Source: a candidate division WOR-3 bacterium (GTDB lineage Bacteria > Hydrothermota > Hydrothermia > LBFQ01 > DSFT01). Taken from it: 64,000 nt of DNA. Below are positions 49,884 through 59,042 of this stretch, piece after piece; position 1 is the first letter of the stretch, and the number at the start of each line of letters is the position of its first letter. Location of the stretch: positions 90,730-154,729 of the forward strand of contig JANXBH010000001.1 in assembly GCA_025060695.1 (NCBI GenBank), in the 5' to 3' direction. Position numbers and translations under genes: made by a program. The notes under the pieces were generated by a model. That model ran no database searches. It worked only from the letters and a program-made list of their open reading frames with translations, and was not told the origin of the DNA.

Positions 49884-50744
49884 TTAAAGCATAGATAAAA
49901 TTCTTTGAGAATCATAAACTTGTAAATCAATGTCCAAGTAGTATATATTTTCTTTATTTTCAATTTTTACAAAGTCCTTTAAAGTGGTTATTATAGGAAG
50001 GTTGAATTTCCTTAATGGTTTTAAATCACTTTCTTTATAGTAGTGATGGTCAGGAAATTCTTTAAAATATATAAGATTAAATGTTTTACTTACTATATTC
50101 TTAAAACTCCTACTATCCGCAATGCCACAGAAAGCCACAACATCTTTAAAGTTATATGGATTTATTATTTTATATCTTATGCTGACAGCAGGCTTTCCAT
50201 AAAATTCAGAAATCTCAAAAAACTCAGAAAATTTAAAATTTATTACTATAAAATCTACCCTCTTTATTTCAGTTATAGGTTCTCTATATTTCCCAAATGG
50301 AAATACTTTCCAACCCCTAAGTTCATTGTAGTTTATAATCAATATTTTTTTATCAAAGTCTATCCTCCAATACTGTAATGCATCATCAAATAGTAAAATA
50401 TGAGGTTTAAATAGTTCAATGCCAATTTTTGATGCAAGAAATCTGTCTTTATATACAAGAACTTTCAAACCTGTTTTAAGATGTATTAAATATGGCTCAT
50501 CACCTACTAAGCTGACATCTATATCTTTGTCCCTAATTAACTGAACATGCTTGTTTTTCCTCTTATAACCTCTACTTAGAACAATTACATTATACCTCTG
50601 TTTTAGCTTATTTGCTAAGAATATAGTAAATGGAGTTTTCCCTGTTCCACCAAATGAAAAATTTCCAATAGCTATTGTTTTTGCATCTAACTTTTCTGGC
50701 TTTATTAAAGATCTATGTATCTTAGAGATATAGTAGTAAATCAC
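49884..50744 (-). CDS. lpxK: Tetraacyldisaccharide 4'-kinase
   Basis: GNFSFGGTGKTP, SRGY, GDEP, DDALQ, FPDHH, TTLKD. Confidence 0.93.
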   Translation of the reverse strand: MIYYYISKIHRSLIKPEKLDAKTIAIGNFSFGGTGKTPFTIFLANKLKQRYNVIVLSRGYKRKNKHVQLIRDKDIDVSLVGDEPYLIHLKTGLKVLVYKDRFLASKIGIELFKPHILLFDDALQYWRIDFDKKILIINYNELRGWKVFPFGKYREPITEIKRVDFIVINFKFSEFFEISEFYGKPAVSIRYKIINPYNFKDVVAFCGIADSRSFKNIVSKTFNLIYFKEFPDHHYYKESDLKPLRKFNLPIITTLKDFVKIENKENIYYLDIDLQVYDSQRILSML

Positions 50745-51328
50745 ATTATTTCTTTTTCATCTATAAGATGACCCATTTTTTTAATCTTCGTTAAAATGTA
50801 ATTTTTATTGTATTTATTTGCTTTTACATAAACTGGTATTCTCTCCACAATTTCAATACCACATATACTAAGATGTTTTATCTTTTGTGGATTATTCGTC
50901 ATTAATCTTACCTTTTTTACACCTATATCTTTTAGAATTTCACATGCAACTTTATAGTTTCTTAAATCAGCTTCAAAACCAAGCTGGTGATTTGCTAAAA
51001 CTGTATCATATCCCAAGTCCTGTAAATAGTAAGCTTTTACTTTATTTATAAGTCCTATTCCTCTACCCTCTTGGTTTAAATATATCAAAATTCCTCTTCC
51101 TTCACTTGAAATTTTTTCTAATGCATATTTTAATTGAGCTCCACAATCACATCTTAAAGAGCCAAATGTATCCCCCGTAATACATTGCGAATGTACCCTT
51201 ACTAATATATTATCTCCAACTTCACCCATAATCAATGCAATGTGCTCTTTACCACCTTCAGAGTATACTCTTATAGTAAATTCACCAAAAATTGTAGGAA
51301 GACTTGCTTGAGCTTCAAATTTCACCAT
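50741..51328 (-). CDS. ribA: GTP cyclohydrolase II
   Basis: RVHSQCITGD..RCDCG, QEGRGIGL, TNNP. Confidence 0.96.
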   Translation of the reverse strand: MVKFEAQASLPTIFGEFTIRVYSEGGKEHIALIMGEVGDNILVRVHSQCITGDTFGSLRCDCGAQLKYALEKISSEGRGILIYLNQEGRGIGLINKVKAYYLQDLGYDTVLANHQLGFEADLRNYKVACEILKDIGVKKVRLMTNNPQKIKHLSICGIEIVERIPVYVKANKYNKNYILTKIKKMGHLIDEKEIM

Positions 51329-52172
51329 AGAAAACTTTATCCGCTCTATATGAGCTTCTTACGAGTGGTCCTGAGAATACTTCTTTAAATCCAATTTCTA
51401 ATGCTCTATCTCTATACCATTTGAATTTATACGGCGGAACATATTCTACTACGCTTAAGTGTCTTTTTGAGGGTTGTAAATATTGTCCAATTGTTAATAT
51501 ATCCACACCCACATTTCTTAAGTCTTTCATAGTTTGAATAACCTCCTCCTCAGTTTCTCCAAGTCCAACCATAATTGAACTTTTAGTTAATATATTGCTA
51601 CTTTGATTCTTTGCATGTTCCAAAACAAAAAGTGATTGTTTATAGCTTGCCCTTGGGTCTCTTACTATAGACGTTAGTCTTTCTACCGTTTCTATGTTAT
51701 GTGCAAATACATCAAGTGGAGATTTTGCTACTAAACTAATAGAGTTTCTATTTGCTTGAAAATCTCCAACAAGTGCCTCAATTTTAATATCTGGGAAATT
51801 CTTTCTTATTTCTAATATAGTTCTATATACGTGAAATGCACCACCATCTACTAAATCATCCCTATCAACCATAGTAATTACTACATATCTTAGATTTAGA
51901 TGTCTAATAGTTTCTACTACGTGAATAGGTTCTAATGGATCAATCCAACCTTTTGGATTTCCAGTTTTTACAGCACAAAATTTACAATTTCTGGTACAAG
52001 TATCTCCAAGTATCATTATAGTAGCTGTCCCGTGCGACCAACATTCGTTTATATTTGGACACTTCGCTTCTTCACAAACTGTATACAGTTTTTTATTTCT
52101 TAATATATCCTTGACTTCATAAAATTTATCATTATATTCAAGCTTAATTTTTAACCACTCAGGTTTGTTCAT
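51315..52172 (-). CDS. lipA: Lipoyl synthase
   Basis: CEEAKCPNINEC, CTRNCKFC, VRSSY. Confidence 0.96.
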   Translation of the reverse strand: MNKPEWLKIKLEYNDKFYEVKDILRNKKLYTVCEEAKCPNINECWSHGTATIMILGDTCTRNCKFCAVKTGNPKGWIDPLEPIHVVETIRHLNLRYVVITMVDRDDLVDGGAFHVYRTILEIRKNFPDIKIEALVGDFQANRNSISLVAKSPLDVFAHNIETVERLTSIVRDPRASYKQSLFVLEHAKNQSSNILTKSSIMVGLGETEEEVIQTMKDLRNVGVDILTIGQYLQPSKRHLSVVEYVPPYKFKWYRDRALEIGFKEVFSGPLVRSSYRADKVFYGEI

Positions 52173-52181
52173 TATTTTAAA

Positions 52182-52211
52182 ATTTTAAAACACATTTATT
52201 CACTTTAAAAT
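52182..52211. promoter_or_regulatory. Divergent -10 boxes
   Basis: Minus box 52182-52187 (9 nt to ATG 52172); plus box 52206-52211 (7 nt to GTG 52219). Confidence 0.7.
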
Positions 52212-52218
52212 TTAAAAA

Positions 52219-53037
52219 GTGTCAAAAATTGTATACGATAAAATAAAATATGATGGGATTTCAAGTAGTTTTATTATTACACATGCGTTTGAAAAATTTC
52301 TAAAAGTCAACGTTTTTAATGGTTATATAATATTTAATAACAAGGATTTTGTATATGTACTAAACGGTGAACTCTATGGAATTAAGAAACTTGAAGATGC
52401 AAAGCAACCATGGATTGCTAATGTATACGAATTAAATTCAAAAACACTAATACTATTTATGAACTTTAAAAACTCAAAAAATTTAGAAAGTTTAAAGATA
52501 TCTTCAAGACTTTTTGATACACTAATATCTGAAACTCTTGAAATTACTAAATTTTTTTGGATTGAGATAAAAGATGGTAATAATCTTTACGATTTGGCAT
52601 ACTTTTTAGGAGAAGTTGTAGGGATTTATAGGAATTCTGTAAGGATCTTAGAATTACCCGAAAACGAATTATCAAACAGAATTGAGGTAAATGTTTTTGA
52701 TTTTAATGAATATCTTGAAACAAAAAAGGCAGAGATACTTAAGAACTTCTATATAAAAAGGTTTGAAAACATTTGGCAAAAATACAAAGAGACATTAATT
52801 ATAGAATATAGTAAGGAGAAGGCTGAAGTGGAATTTAGAAAATTACAAAAAGAATTATCAAAAAAATACTCAATTTTAGACCCATTGCTTGGTATTGTGG
52901 ACATAGATAAGAACTTTGACTTAAAAGTCCAATCACTAAATGAAGATGAGGTCTTCATAGTTAGAGAACTACTTCTGAATTTTTATTCAAAAACTATACC
53001 GAAGAAACTTGAAAAGATAAAAGAAGAGTTAGCATGA
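52219..53037 (+). CDS. Hypothetical protein
   Basis: 272-aa ORF with -10 box; no family recognised. Confidence 0.6.
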   Translation: MSKIVYDKIKYDGISSSFIITHAFEKFLKVNVFNGYIIFNNKDFVYVLNGELYGIKKLEDAKQPWIANVYELNSKTLILFMNFKNSKNLESLKISSRLFDTLISETLEITKFFWIEIKDGNNLYDLAYFLGEVVGIYRNSVRILELPENELSNRIEVNVFDFNEYLETKKAEILKNFYIKRFENIWQKYKETLIIEYSKEKAEVEFRKLQKELSKKYSILDPLLGIVDIDKNFDLKVQSLNEDEVFIVRELLLNFYSKTIPKKLEKIKEELA

Positions 53038-53753
53038 GAAAATTCTCAGATATTGTATTTTCAAGATTATCAAATGTTTTTAGAAGTTTATTTATAGCAA
53101 TTATAGTAATAAATGGTGTTTTGTTATTTTCTCTTTCTAAAATTTTTGAAAAATCTTCAGATATTGGCTTTTTAAGAGGACAATTAACCTCATTTTCTCT
53201 AATGATTTATGATATTATTGCAGGGATACACTCAAAGGAGTTTGCAAAATTATCACTTTCTGAAAGTATAAATAAAACTGAGCCAATATTAAAGAAATAT
53301 AGAGATGATGTTTGGTCAAAGGATTTTGGAAGATTCATTGAAAAATTTAAACTTTTTATAGAAAATCCAACTCAAAAAGCAGCAAATGAAATATTTCTAT
53401 TAGCTGAAAATTTAAATAGAAAACTGATTGAAATTGATGAAGAAAGCAGAAAAATTAGTTCAATGGGGGTTATTGTAGTAATAGCTTTAAATATCTTTTT
53501 TCTCGGTGCTTTAGGATTCTTTATGATAAACTACACTTATAAACTGTCTTCAGAGTTTTCCGCACCACTTATTGAAATAAGGAACATTATTTCAAAAATA
53601 GCCATAGGTAGTATAGATAAAGCGGTAAAATATGAGGGTAATATAGAGGAAGTTTATGATATATTCCAGAGTATTGAAACCTTAAGGGAAGATTTGTATC
53701 AAAGTAAGCTTAGGATACAAGAAATATTAAAGAAATACAGAGAAGGGAAATAG
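53034..53753 (+). CDS. Two-TM sensor-like protein with HAMP-like domain and no output domain
   Basis: TM, helical periplasmic region, TM, then PL..I..IA.G..EEV..I..L. Confidence 0.6.
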   Translation: MRKFSDIVFSRLSNVFRSLFIAIIVINGVLLFSLSKIFEKSSDIGFLRGQLTSFSLMIYDIIAGIHSKEFAKLSLSESINKTEPILKKYRDDVWSKDFGRFIEKFKLFIENPTQKAANEIFLLAENLNRKLIEIDEESRKISSMGVIVVIALNIFFLGALGFFMINYTYKLSSEFSAPLIEIRNIISKIAIGSIDKAVKYEGNIEEVYDIFQSIETLREDLYQSKLRIQEILKKYREGK

Positions 53754-53768
53754 CTTTAAAATTATAGT

Positions 53769-55454
53769 ATGATATTAAATTTGAAAGTGAAAAATTTCTT
53801 GCTATTAAAGGAAGCACATATAGAATTTGATAAGGGTTTTAATGTGCTAACAGGTGAAACTGGAGCAGGAAAGTCATTATTACTAAAAGCATTAAGTTTA
53901 GCACTTGGAGATAGAATTGATTGGGAAATATTTACTGAAGAAAAGTCCTTAATTGAAGTTCAAGTTTTAGTTCCAGACGAGTTTTTAAGTCTCTTTGAAA
54001 ATTATGGTATAGAATTAGATGGAAATTTACTAATAATAAGAAGAATTATAGAAGGTGATAAAAGAAGAAGTAGAATATATGCAAATGACAATCTTGTTCT
54101 TTCAAAGACTATAAATGAAATAATAAGAAATCTGATAGAAATTCACGGACAATACGATACATATAAGTTATTCAATGAAGAGTATCAGATGGAAGTAATT
54201 GATAGATATGCAAAATCAAGAGTTTTTGAGAACGATTATCAAGCCAATATTTTAGATAAATATGCAAACAATGAAAACTTAATAGAAAGCTACAGAAAAA
54301 TTTATAAAGATTGGCTTTACTTAAATAATATCTATAACGAATATAAGGAAAAGGAAGAGAAATATATTCAAGAACTTGAGTTTTTAAAATATCAATTGAA
54401 TGAATTAGAAGAAGCAAATTTAAAAATAAATGAAGAGCAAGAATTGTTAAGGAAATTAGAATATTTAAGAAAAATAGAGGAAATTAGAGAAATAAAGCAA
54501 CTAATTAAAAATATTGTTTTTGAAGGAGAAGAGAATGTAATTTCTAAGTTATACTTTATTTTAAGAAAACTTGAGAATTTAGAAGATATTCAGGAATTTA
54601 GGGAATTAAAGGAAAAATTCGAGAATATTATATATGAACTAAAGGAGCTAAAACACTACTATAAAGATAACAATTTGGAAGAATACGAAAGCTTAGACTT
54701 TATACAAGAAAGGTTATTTTTACTAAATAGACTAAAAAAGAAATATTCAAAAAGTATTGAAGAATTACTAAACTATAAGGAGGAACTAAAGGAGAAAATA
54801 AAAAAGATAGAGAATTTACCTTTTGAAATTAAGAATTTATCTGAGAAAATTAAAGATTTAAGTAAAAATTTAGAAAACTTGGCAAATGAAATAAGTAAGC
54901 GTAGAAAGAACGCAAGCAAGAATTTTAGAGAAGAAATTATTAAAACTTTAAAGGAACTTGGAATGCCAGATGCGGAGTTTTTAACAAAATTTGAAGAAAT
55001 ACCTTTAGGTTATAATGGTAAGGATAGGGTTGAATTTTTGTTTTCTGCTAATAAAAATTTTCCACCAAGACCATTAAGGAAAATAGTATCAGGTGGAGAG
55101 CTTTCGCGCTTTGCTCTTTCACTAAAACTTGCAATAGCAGGTAAAGAAAGTCCCACAACATTAATATTTGATGAGATTGATACAGGTATAGGTGGAGAAA
55201 CTGCTCTAAAAGTTGCACAAAAACTGCAAGAACTTTCAAAATTCTACCAAGTTATAGTAATTACACATTTACCTCAAATTGCAAGCAAATCAAACAAGCA
55301 CTTTTTAATAATGAAAAAAGACGGTATAGCCCAAATAAATGAATTAGATGAAAAAGAAAGAGTTTTAGAAATTGCAAGAATGCTATCTGGTATAGTTTCA
55401 GATGAAAGTTTAAAACATGCAAAGTTTTTACTTTCTAACAGAAGTGCTTTATAA
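53769..55454 (+). CDS. recN: DNA repair protein RecN
   Basis: TGETGAGKS, IHGQ, SGGELSR, FDEIDTG, THLPQIA. Confidence 0.95.
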   Translation: MILNLKVKNFLLLKEAHIEFDKGFNVLTGETGAGKSLLLKALSLALGDRIDWEIFTEEKSLIEVQVLVPDEFLSLFENYGIELDGNLLIIRRIIEGDKRRSRIYANDNLVLSKTINEIIRNLIEIHGQYDTYKLFNEEYQMEVIDRYAKSRVFENDYQANILDKYANNENLIESYRKIYKDWLYLNNIYNEYKEKEEKYIQELEFLKYQLNELEEANLKINEEQELLRKLEYLRKIEEIREIKQLIKNIVFEGEENVISKLYFILRKLENLEDIQEFRELKEKFENIIYELKELKHYYKDNNLEEYESLDFIQERLFLLNRLKKKYSKSIEELLNYKEELKEKIKKIENLPFEIKNLSEKIKDLSKNLENLANEISKRRKNASKNFREEIIKTLKELGMPDAEFLTKFEEIPLGYNGKDRVEFLFSANKNFPPRPLRKIVSGGELSRFALSLKLAIAGKESPTTLIFDEIDTGIGGETALKVAQKLQELSKFYQVIVITHLPQIASKSNKHFLIMKKDGIAQINELDEKERVLEIARMLSGIVSDESLKHAKFLLSNRSAL

Positions 55455-55469
55455 TTTTGGCACATAATT

Positions 55470-56678
55470 ATGATAAGTAAAATTAGTGAAAGTAAAGTTC
55501 TAGCAAATAGTCTAAGGAGCATTTCTGTGGGATTTTCTAATAACGAAAAACCTTATATGGCAGGTATAGAAGCTGTAAAGGAAGCAATGGAATTGCTTAT
55601 GATAAAAGACATTTCATTTGCAATAGCTGTAATTTCAAAAGATTACGAATATAAAAAAGTTATAGAAGGAATAAAGCAGATTATTCCAAAAGCAACACTA
55701 ATTAGTTTATTTTCAGATAACATAACTACTTATAGCTTCATGTCTAACAAGGGAGTTGCAGTTTTGCTATTTACAAGTGAGATAAATGTCAATTATCACA
55801 TAGCAAAAGGATTTTCTTTAAGTGTAAAAAAATCCTTAAGTGAACTATTTTCCGAAATAGACCTTGAAAAAAAATCATACAAGAATGATATACTTATATT
55901 TTTCATACCCGGCTCTATACCACTGCCTGGGCAAAATAGTATATCGGTTATTGAAAATTATATTAAGGACTTTAACTGCATAGTAGGTGGGGTGTTTGGA
56001 ACTCTCAATTTAGTTGAATATCAAACATTTATCATAGACGAGAAAGTTTTAACTGACCACGCAATAGCTCTAAGAATACAAACGAATAATAATTATACAG
56101 TTTCACAAAGTTATGGTTTTCATCCTGTTAGACCATTCGTAGTATCGAGTGTAAAAGGGGATATGATAATTAGTTTAGATGATGGATCTGCATTTTATTC
56201 ATTAGCAAATGTTCTCACAAAAAGAGGAATAGACGATGGAATACTTAAAGACCCCATAAAAGCACAAAGACTCCTATCTAAATATCAGTTTGCAGTTGCT
56301 AACAAGGAAAAACCTGGTCTATTTAGGTCAATAGTTCCCTTGGCTATTACGGAAAGGGGTATAAAGGTTAACTCGTTTATAGAAAAAGATTCTACAATCT
56401 GGCTCATGGAATTTAGTAAAGAAGAGATATTTGAAGGCGTAGATAAAATGTCAAGTAGAGTTTTAAATAGTTTAAAGTCTATATCAGGAGGCATCATCTT
56501 TGAGAATGTTGTGAGAAAATATCTACTTGGTGAAGATTATGTGAAAGAAAAAAGAATTATTTGGGATAATCTAAAAGTTCCATTTATTGTTCTTGAGACG
56601 ATTGAAGAAATTGTATATAGTGAAAACACATATGGAGGTTCGCATAGTGGTTCAATATTAGGACTGTTTTTTGAATAA
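55470..56678 (+). CDS. FIST N/C domain sensory protein
   Basis: SVGFS..AG.EA..EA, IVGG, SYGF.P..VSSVKG..I..LD. Confidence 0.75.
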   Translation: MISKISESKVLANSLRSISVGFSNNEKPYMAGIEAVKEAMELLMIKDISFAIAVISKDYEYKKVIEGIKQIIPKATLISLFSDNITTYSFMSNKGVAVLLFTSEINVNYHIAKGFSLSVKKSLSELFSEIDLEKKSYKNDILIFFIPGSIPLPGQNSISVIENYIKDFNCIVGGVFGTLNLVEYQTFIIDEKVLTDHAIALRIQTNNNYTVSQSYGFHPVRPFVVSSVKGDMIISLDDGSAFYSLANVLTKRGIDDGILKDPIKAQRLLSKYQFAVANKEKPGLFRSIVPLAITERGIKVNSFIEKDSTIWLMEFSKEEIFEGVDKMSSRVLNSLKSISGGIIFENVVRKYLLGEDYVKEKRIIWDNLKVPFIVLETIEEIVYSENTYGGSHSGSILGLFFE

Positions 56679-56688
56679 GGAGGAGGTT

Positions 56689-57147
56689 ATGGAAAAAATA
56701 GAGGAACTTTTGAATCAACTTATAAGGAAGGTTCCACAAATAAGAGCAGCAGCGGTAGTAAATACTGAAGGCATAGTTATTGCATCAGTATTAGAAGGAA
56801 ACATAAGTGAAGAGAATTTTGGAGCAATGTCTGCTGCTTTACTGGGTCTTGGAGATAGCGTGCTTTCAGAAGTAAAAGGAGGAAAGCTTTCGGAAATATA
56901 TGTAAAGGGCAATGAAAAGATGATACTACTTTCAAAGATATCAAAAGACCAATTACTATCCCTCTCTATTTCATCTGATGCACCATTAGGTTTGCTTTTA
57001 GTAGAAGTTAGAAAAACTGCTAAGATGATTGGTGCTATTCTCTCAGAAATGGAGAAAACACAAACTGTTACGGATATAAGCGAACTATTAGGTGGAGATA
57101 CCTCTATAATAGAGGGCTTGTCATTCAAGGATTTATTAGAAGAATGA
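56689..57147 (+). CDS. Roadblock/LC7 protein (MglB-like)
   Basis: AAVVNTEGIVIAS..GAMSAALLGLG; ATG 56689 follows an AAGGAGG SD. Confidence 0.88.
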   Translation: MEKIEELLNQLIRKVPQIRAAAVVNTEGIVIASVLEGNISEENFGAMSAALLGLGDSVLSEVKGGKLSEIYVKGNEKMILLSKISKDQLLSLSISSDAPLGLLLVEVRKTAKMIGAILSEMEKTQTVTDISELLGGDTSIIEGLSFKDLLEE

Positions 57148-57159
57148 GGAGAATTTGAA

Positions 57160-57750
57160 ATGTTTATAGATACTAAGAAGAAAGAAATCAATGTGAAAAT
57201 TGTGTATTATGGTCCTGCCCTCTCTGGTAAAACTACTAATTTGAAAGTAATATATGCAAAACTAAATCCAAAATTTAGGGGTGATCTTGTTACTGTTGAT
57301 ACAAAAGGTGAAAGAACGCTCTATTTTGATTTTTTACCTATTGAAATAACATTGGCCGGTGGATTTAAGGTGAAATTTCACGTATACACAGTGCCAGGGC
57401 AAGTTTTTTATAAAGCGTCAAGAAAGTTAGTTCTAAAAGGTGCGGATGGCATAGTTTTTGTAGCGGATTCCTCACCTGAAAGAAGAGAATCAAACATTCA
57501 AATAATGCAAGAACTTATTGAAACTCTTGAGGAACAAGGCATATCATTAAATTCCATTCCACTTGTGATACAATACAACAAGCGAGATATTCCTAATGCT
57601 ATGAGCATAGATATAATGAATGCGGATATAAATCATTTAAATAATCCCTACTTTGAAGCCATAGCAAGTCAAGAAAAGGGAGTTTTTGAAACCTTGGATG
57701 CAATTGTAAAACTCGTAATTAAAAAGCTAACTACGAAAACCCCTGTATGA
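57160..57750 (+). CDS. mglA: MglA-family small Ras-like GTPase
   Basis: KIVYYGPALSGKTTN, RTLYFDF, TVPGQVFY, NKRD. Confidence 0.93.
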   Translation: MFIDTKKKEINVKIVYYGPALSGKTTNLKVIYAKLNPKFRGDLVTVDTKGERTLYFDFLPIEITLAGGFKVKFHVYTVPGQVFYKASRKLVLKGADGIVFVADSSPERRESNIQIMQELIETLEEQGISLNSIPLVIQYNKRDIPNAMSIDIMNADINHLNNPYFEAIASQEKGVFETLDAIVKLVIKKLTTKTPV

Positions 57751-59042
57751 TTACAACAATAGGAAATTTAATAGACCTAAGTTCAGATATATTGGTTGAA
57801 CTTGATAACAATTTTAATATTAAACTATGCAATGCAAAATTTAAGGATTACTTTGGGGACATTACGAACTTTTTTAGTATCTTTCCATTAGCATATAGGG
57901 AAGTTATACTAAGGCTTATAGAAAATGCACAAAAAACCTTAACCCCGCTCAATATTAGAATACCTATTTTAAGAGGAGAAAAACAAGAAATAGTTTATAT
58001 GAAAGTATTTCCTGTTGAGAAGGGTTTATTTATTTCCATAAGACCACAAAAATCATCAAGTATCTCTGAAGATATAATAAATTCAATTGATTATGGAGTA
58101 ATACTAATTTCAAAGGAAGGTAATTTAATATACAACAACAACTATGCCAAGAATTATGAAGAATATTGGAACGAGCTAATAAAGGAAAGCTTAAAGCAAC
58201 AAGATAGAAACTTTGAAGTTAATGTCAAAGGCAAAACATTTGAAGTATTTCAAAAAGAATTTGAAAGAAAAATTTCAGGCAAAATATTACTTTTTAGAGA
58301 TATTACTCAAATCAAGAGGATGCATGATTTAATGTCACTTGTTGATAGGTTAAGTTCAGTAGGTCTCATAGCAGCATCACTTGCCCATGAAATAAAAAAT
58401 CCACTAACAAGCATAAAAGTTCTATCACAAGTTTTAGCTAATGACTTAAGCAATGATAAAAAAGAAATAGCTTTAAGGATCTCAAGACAAATAGATAGAG
58501 TAAATGAGCTTATTTCAAAACTTCTTATATACACAAAGCCTTCAAAGTCAAAACCAGTCTATGTAAATCCAACCGAGATTATAAATGAGCTTGAAGGTAT
58601 CATTTATGGACAACTTATAAGTAAAAAAATTAGGCTTTATAAAGATATAGATACGAACGTTGAGATATTTGTTGATCCGAAAGACTTACACCAGATATTA
58701 CTAAATTTAGTTCTAAATTCAATAGACGCGTTAAGTGAAGGTGGATATATTAAAATAGAGGCTGGCATATCAGGTATAGTTTCAACTGAATTAGAACCAT
58801 TAGCATACATTAAAGTAATAGATAATGGTTGTGGTATTCCAAGAGAAAAACTAAAGGAGATATTCTATCCATTTTACACAACCAAAAAAAGTGGCACAGG
58901 ATTAGGACTATTTGTTGTTCATAAACTTGTAAAAGATAATGGAGGAATGATAGAAGTAGAGAGTGAAGTGGGACAAGGAACCACATTTACAATTTACTTT
59001 AAAGGGAGGGTAAAAAATGCGAAGAATAATGATAGTAGATGA
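57747..59042 (+). CDS. PAS-PAS sensor histidine kinase (cytoplasmic)
   Basis: AHEIKNPL, NLVLNS, DNGCG, PFYTTK..GTGLGL. Confidence 0.93.
   Translation: MITTIGNLIDLSSDILVELDNNFNIKLCNAKFKDYFGDITNFFSIFPLAYREVILRLIENAQKTLTPLNIRIPILRGEKQEIVYMKVFPVEKGLFISIRPQKSSSISEDIINSIDYGVILISKEGNLIYNNNYAKNYEEYWNELIKESLKQQDRNFEVNVKGKTFEVFQKEFERKISGKILLFRDITQIKRMHDLMSLVDRLSSVGLIAASLAHEIKNPLTSIKVLSQVLANDLSNDKKEIALRISRQIDRVNELISKLLIYTKPSKSKPVYVNPTEIINELEGIIYGQLISKKIRLYKDIDTNVEIFVDPKDLHQILLNLVLNSIDALSEGGYIKIEAGISGIVSTELEPLAYIKVIDNGCGIPREKLKEIFYPFYTTKKSGTGLGLFVVHKLVKDNGGMIEVESEVGQGTTFTIYFKGRVKNAKNNDSR

Noticed and set aside
4100-53770. Recurrent AAATTTTAAAG...CTTTAAAATTT inverted pairs read as a transcription-factor operator, REP/MITE element or CRISPR repeat
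   Set aside because: Spacing between halves varies, single halves occur at co-directional junctions, and each half is oriented at fixed distance to a start, which fits -10 boxes better
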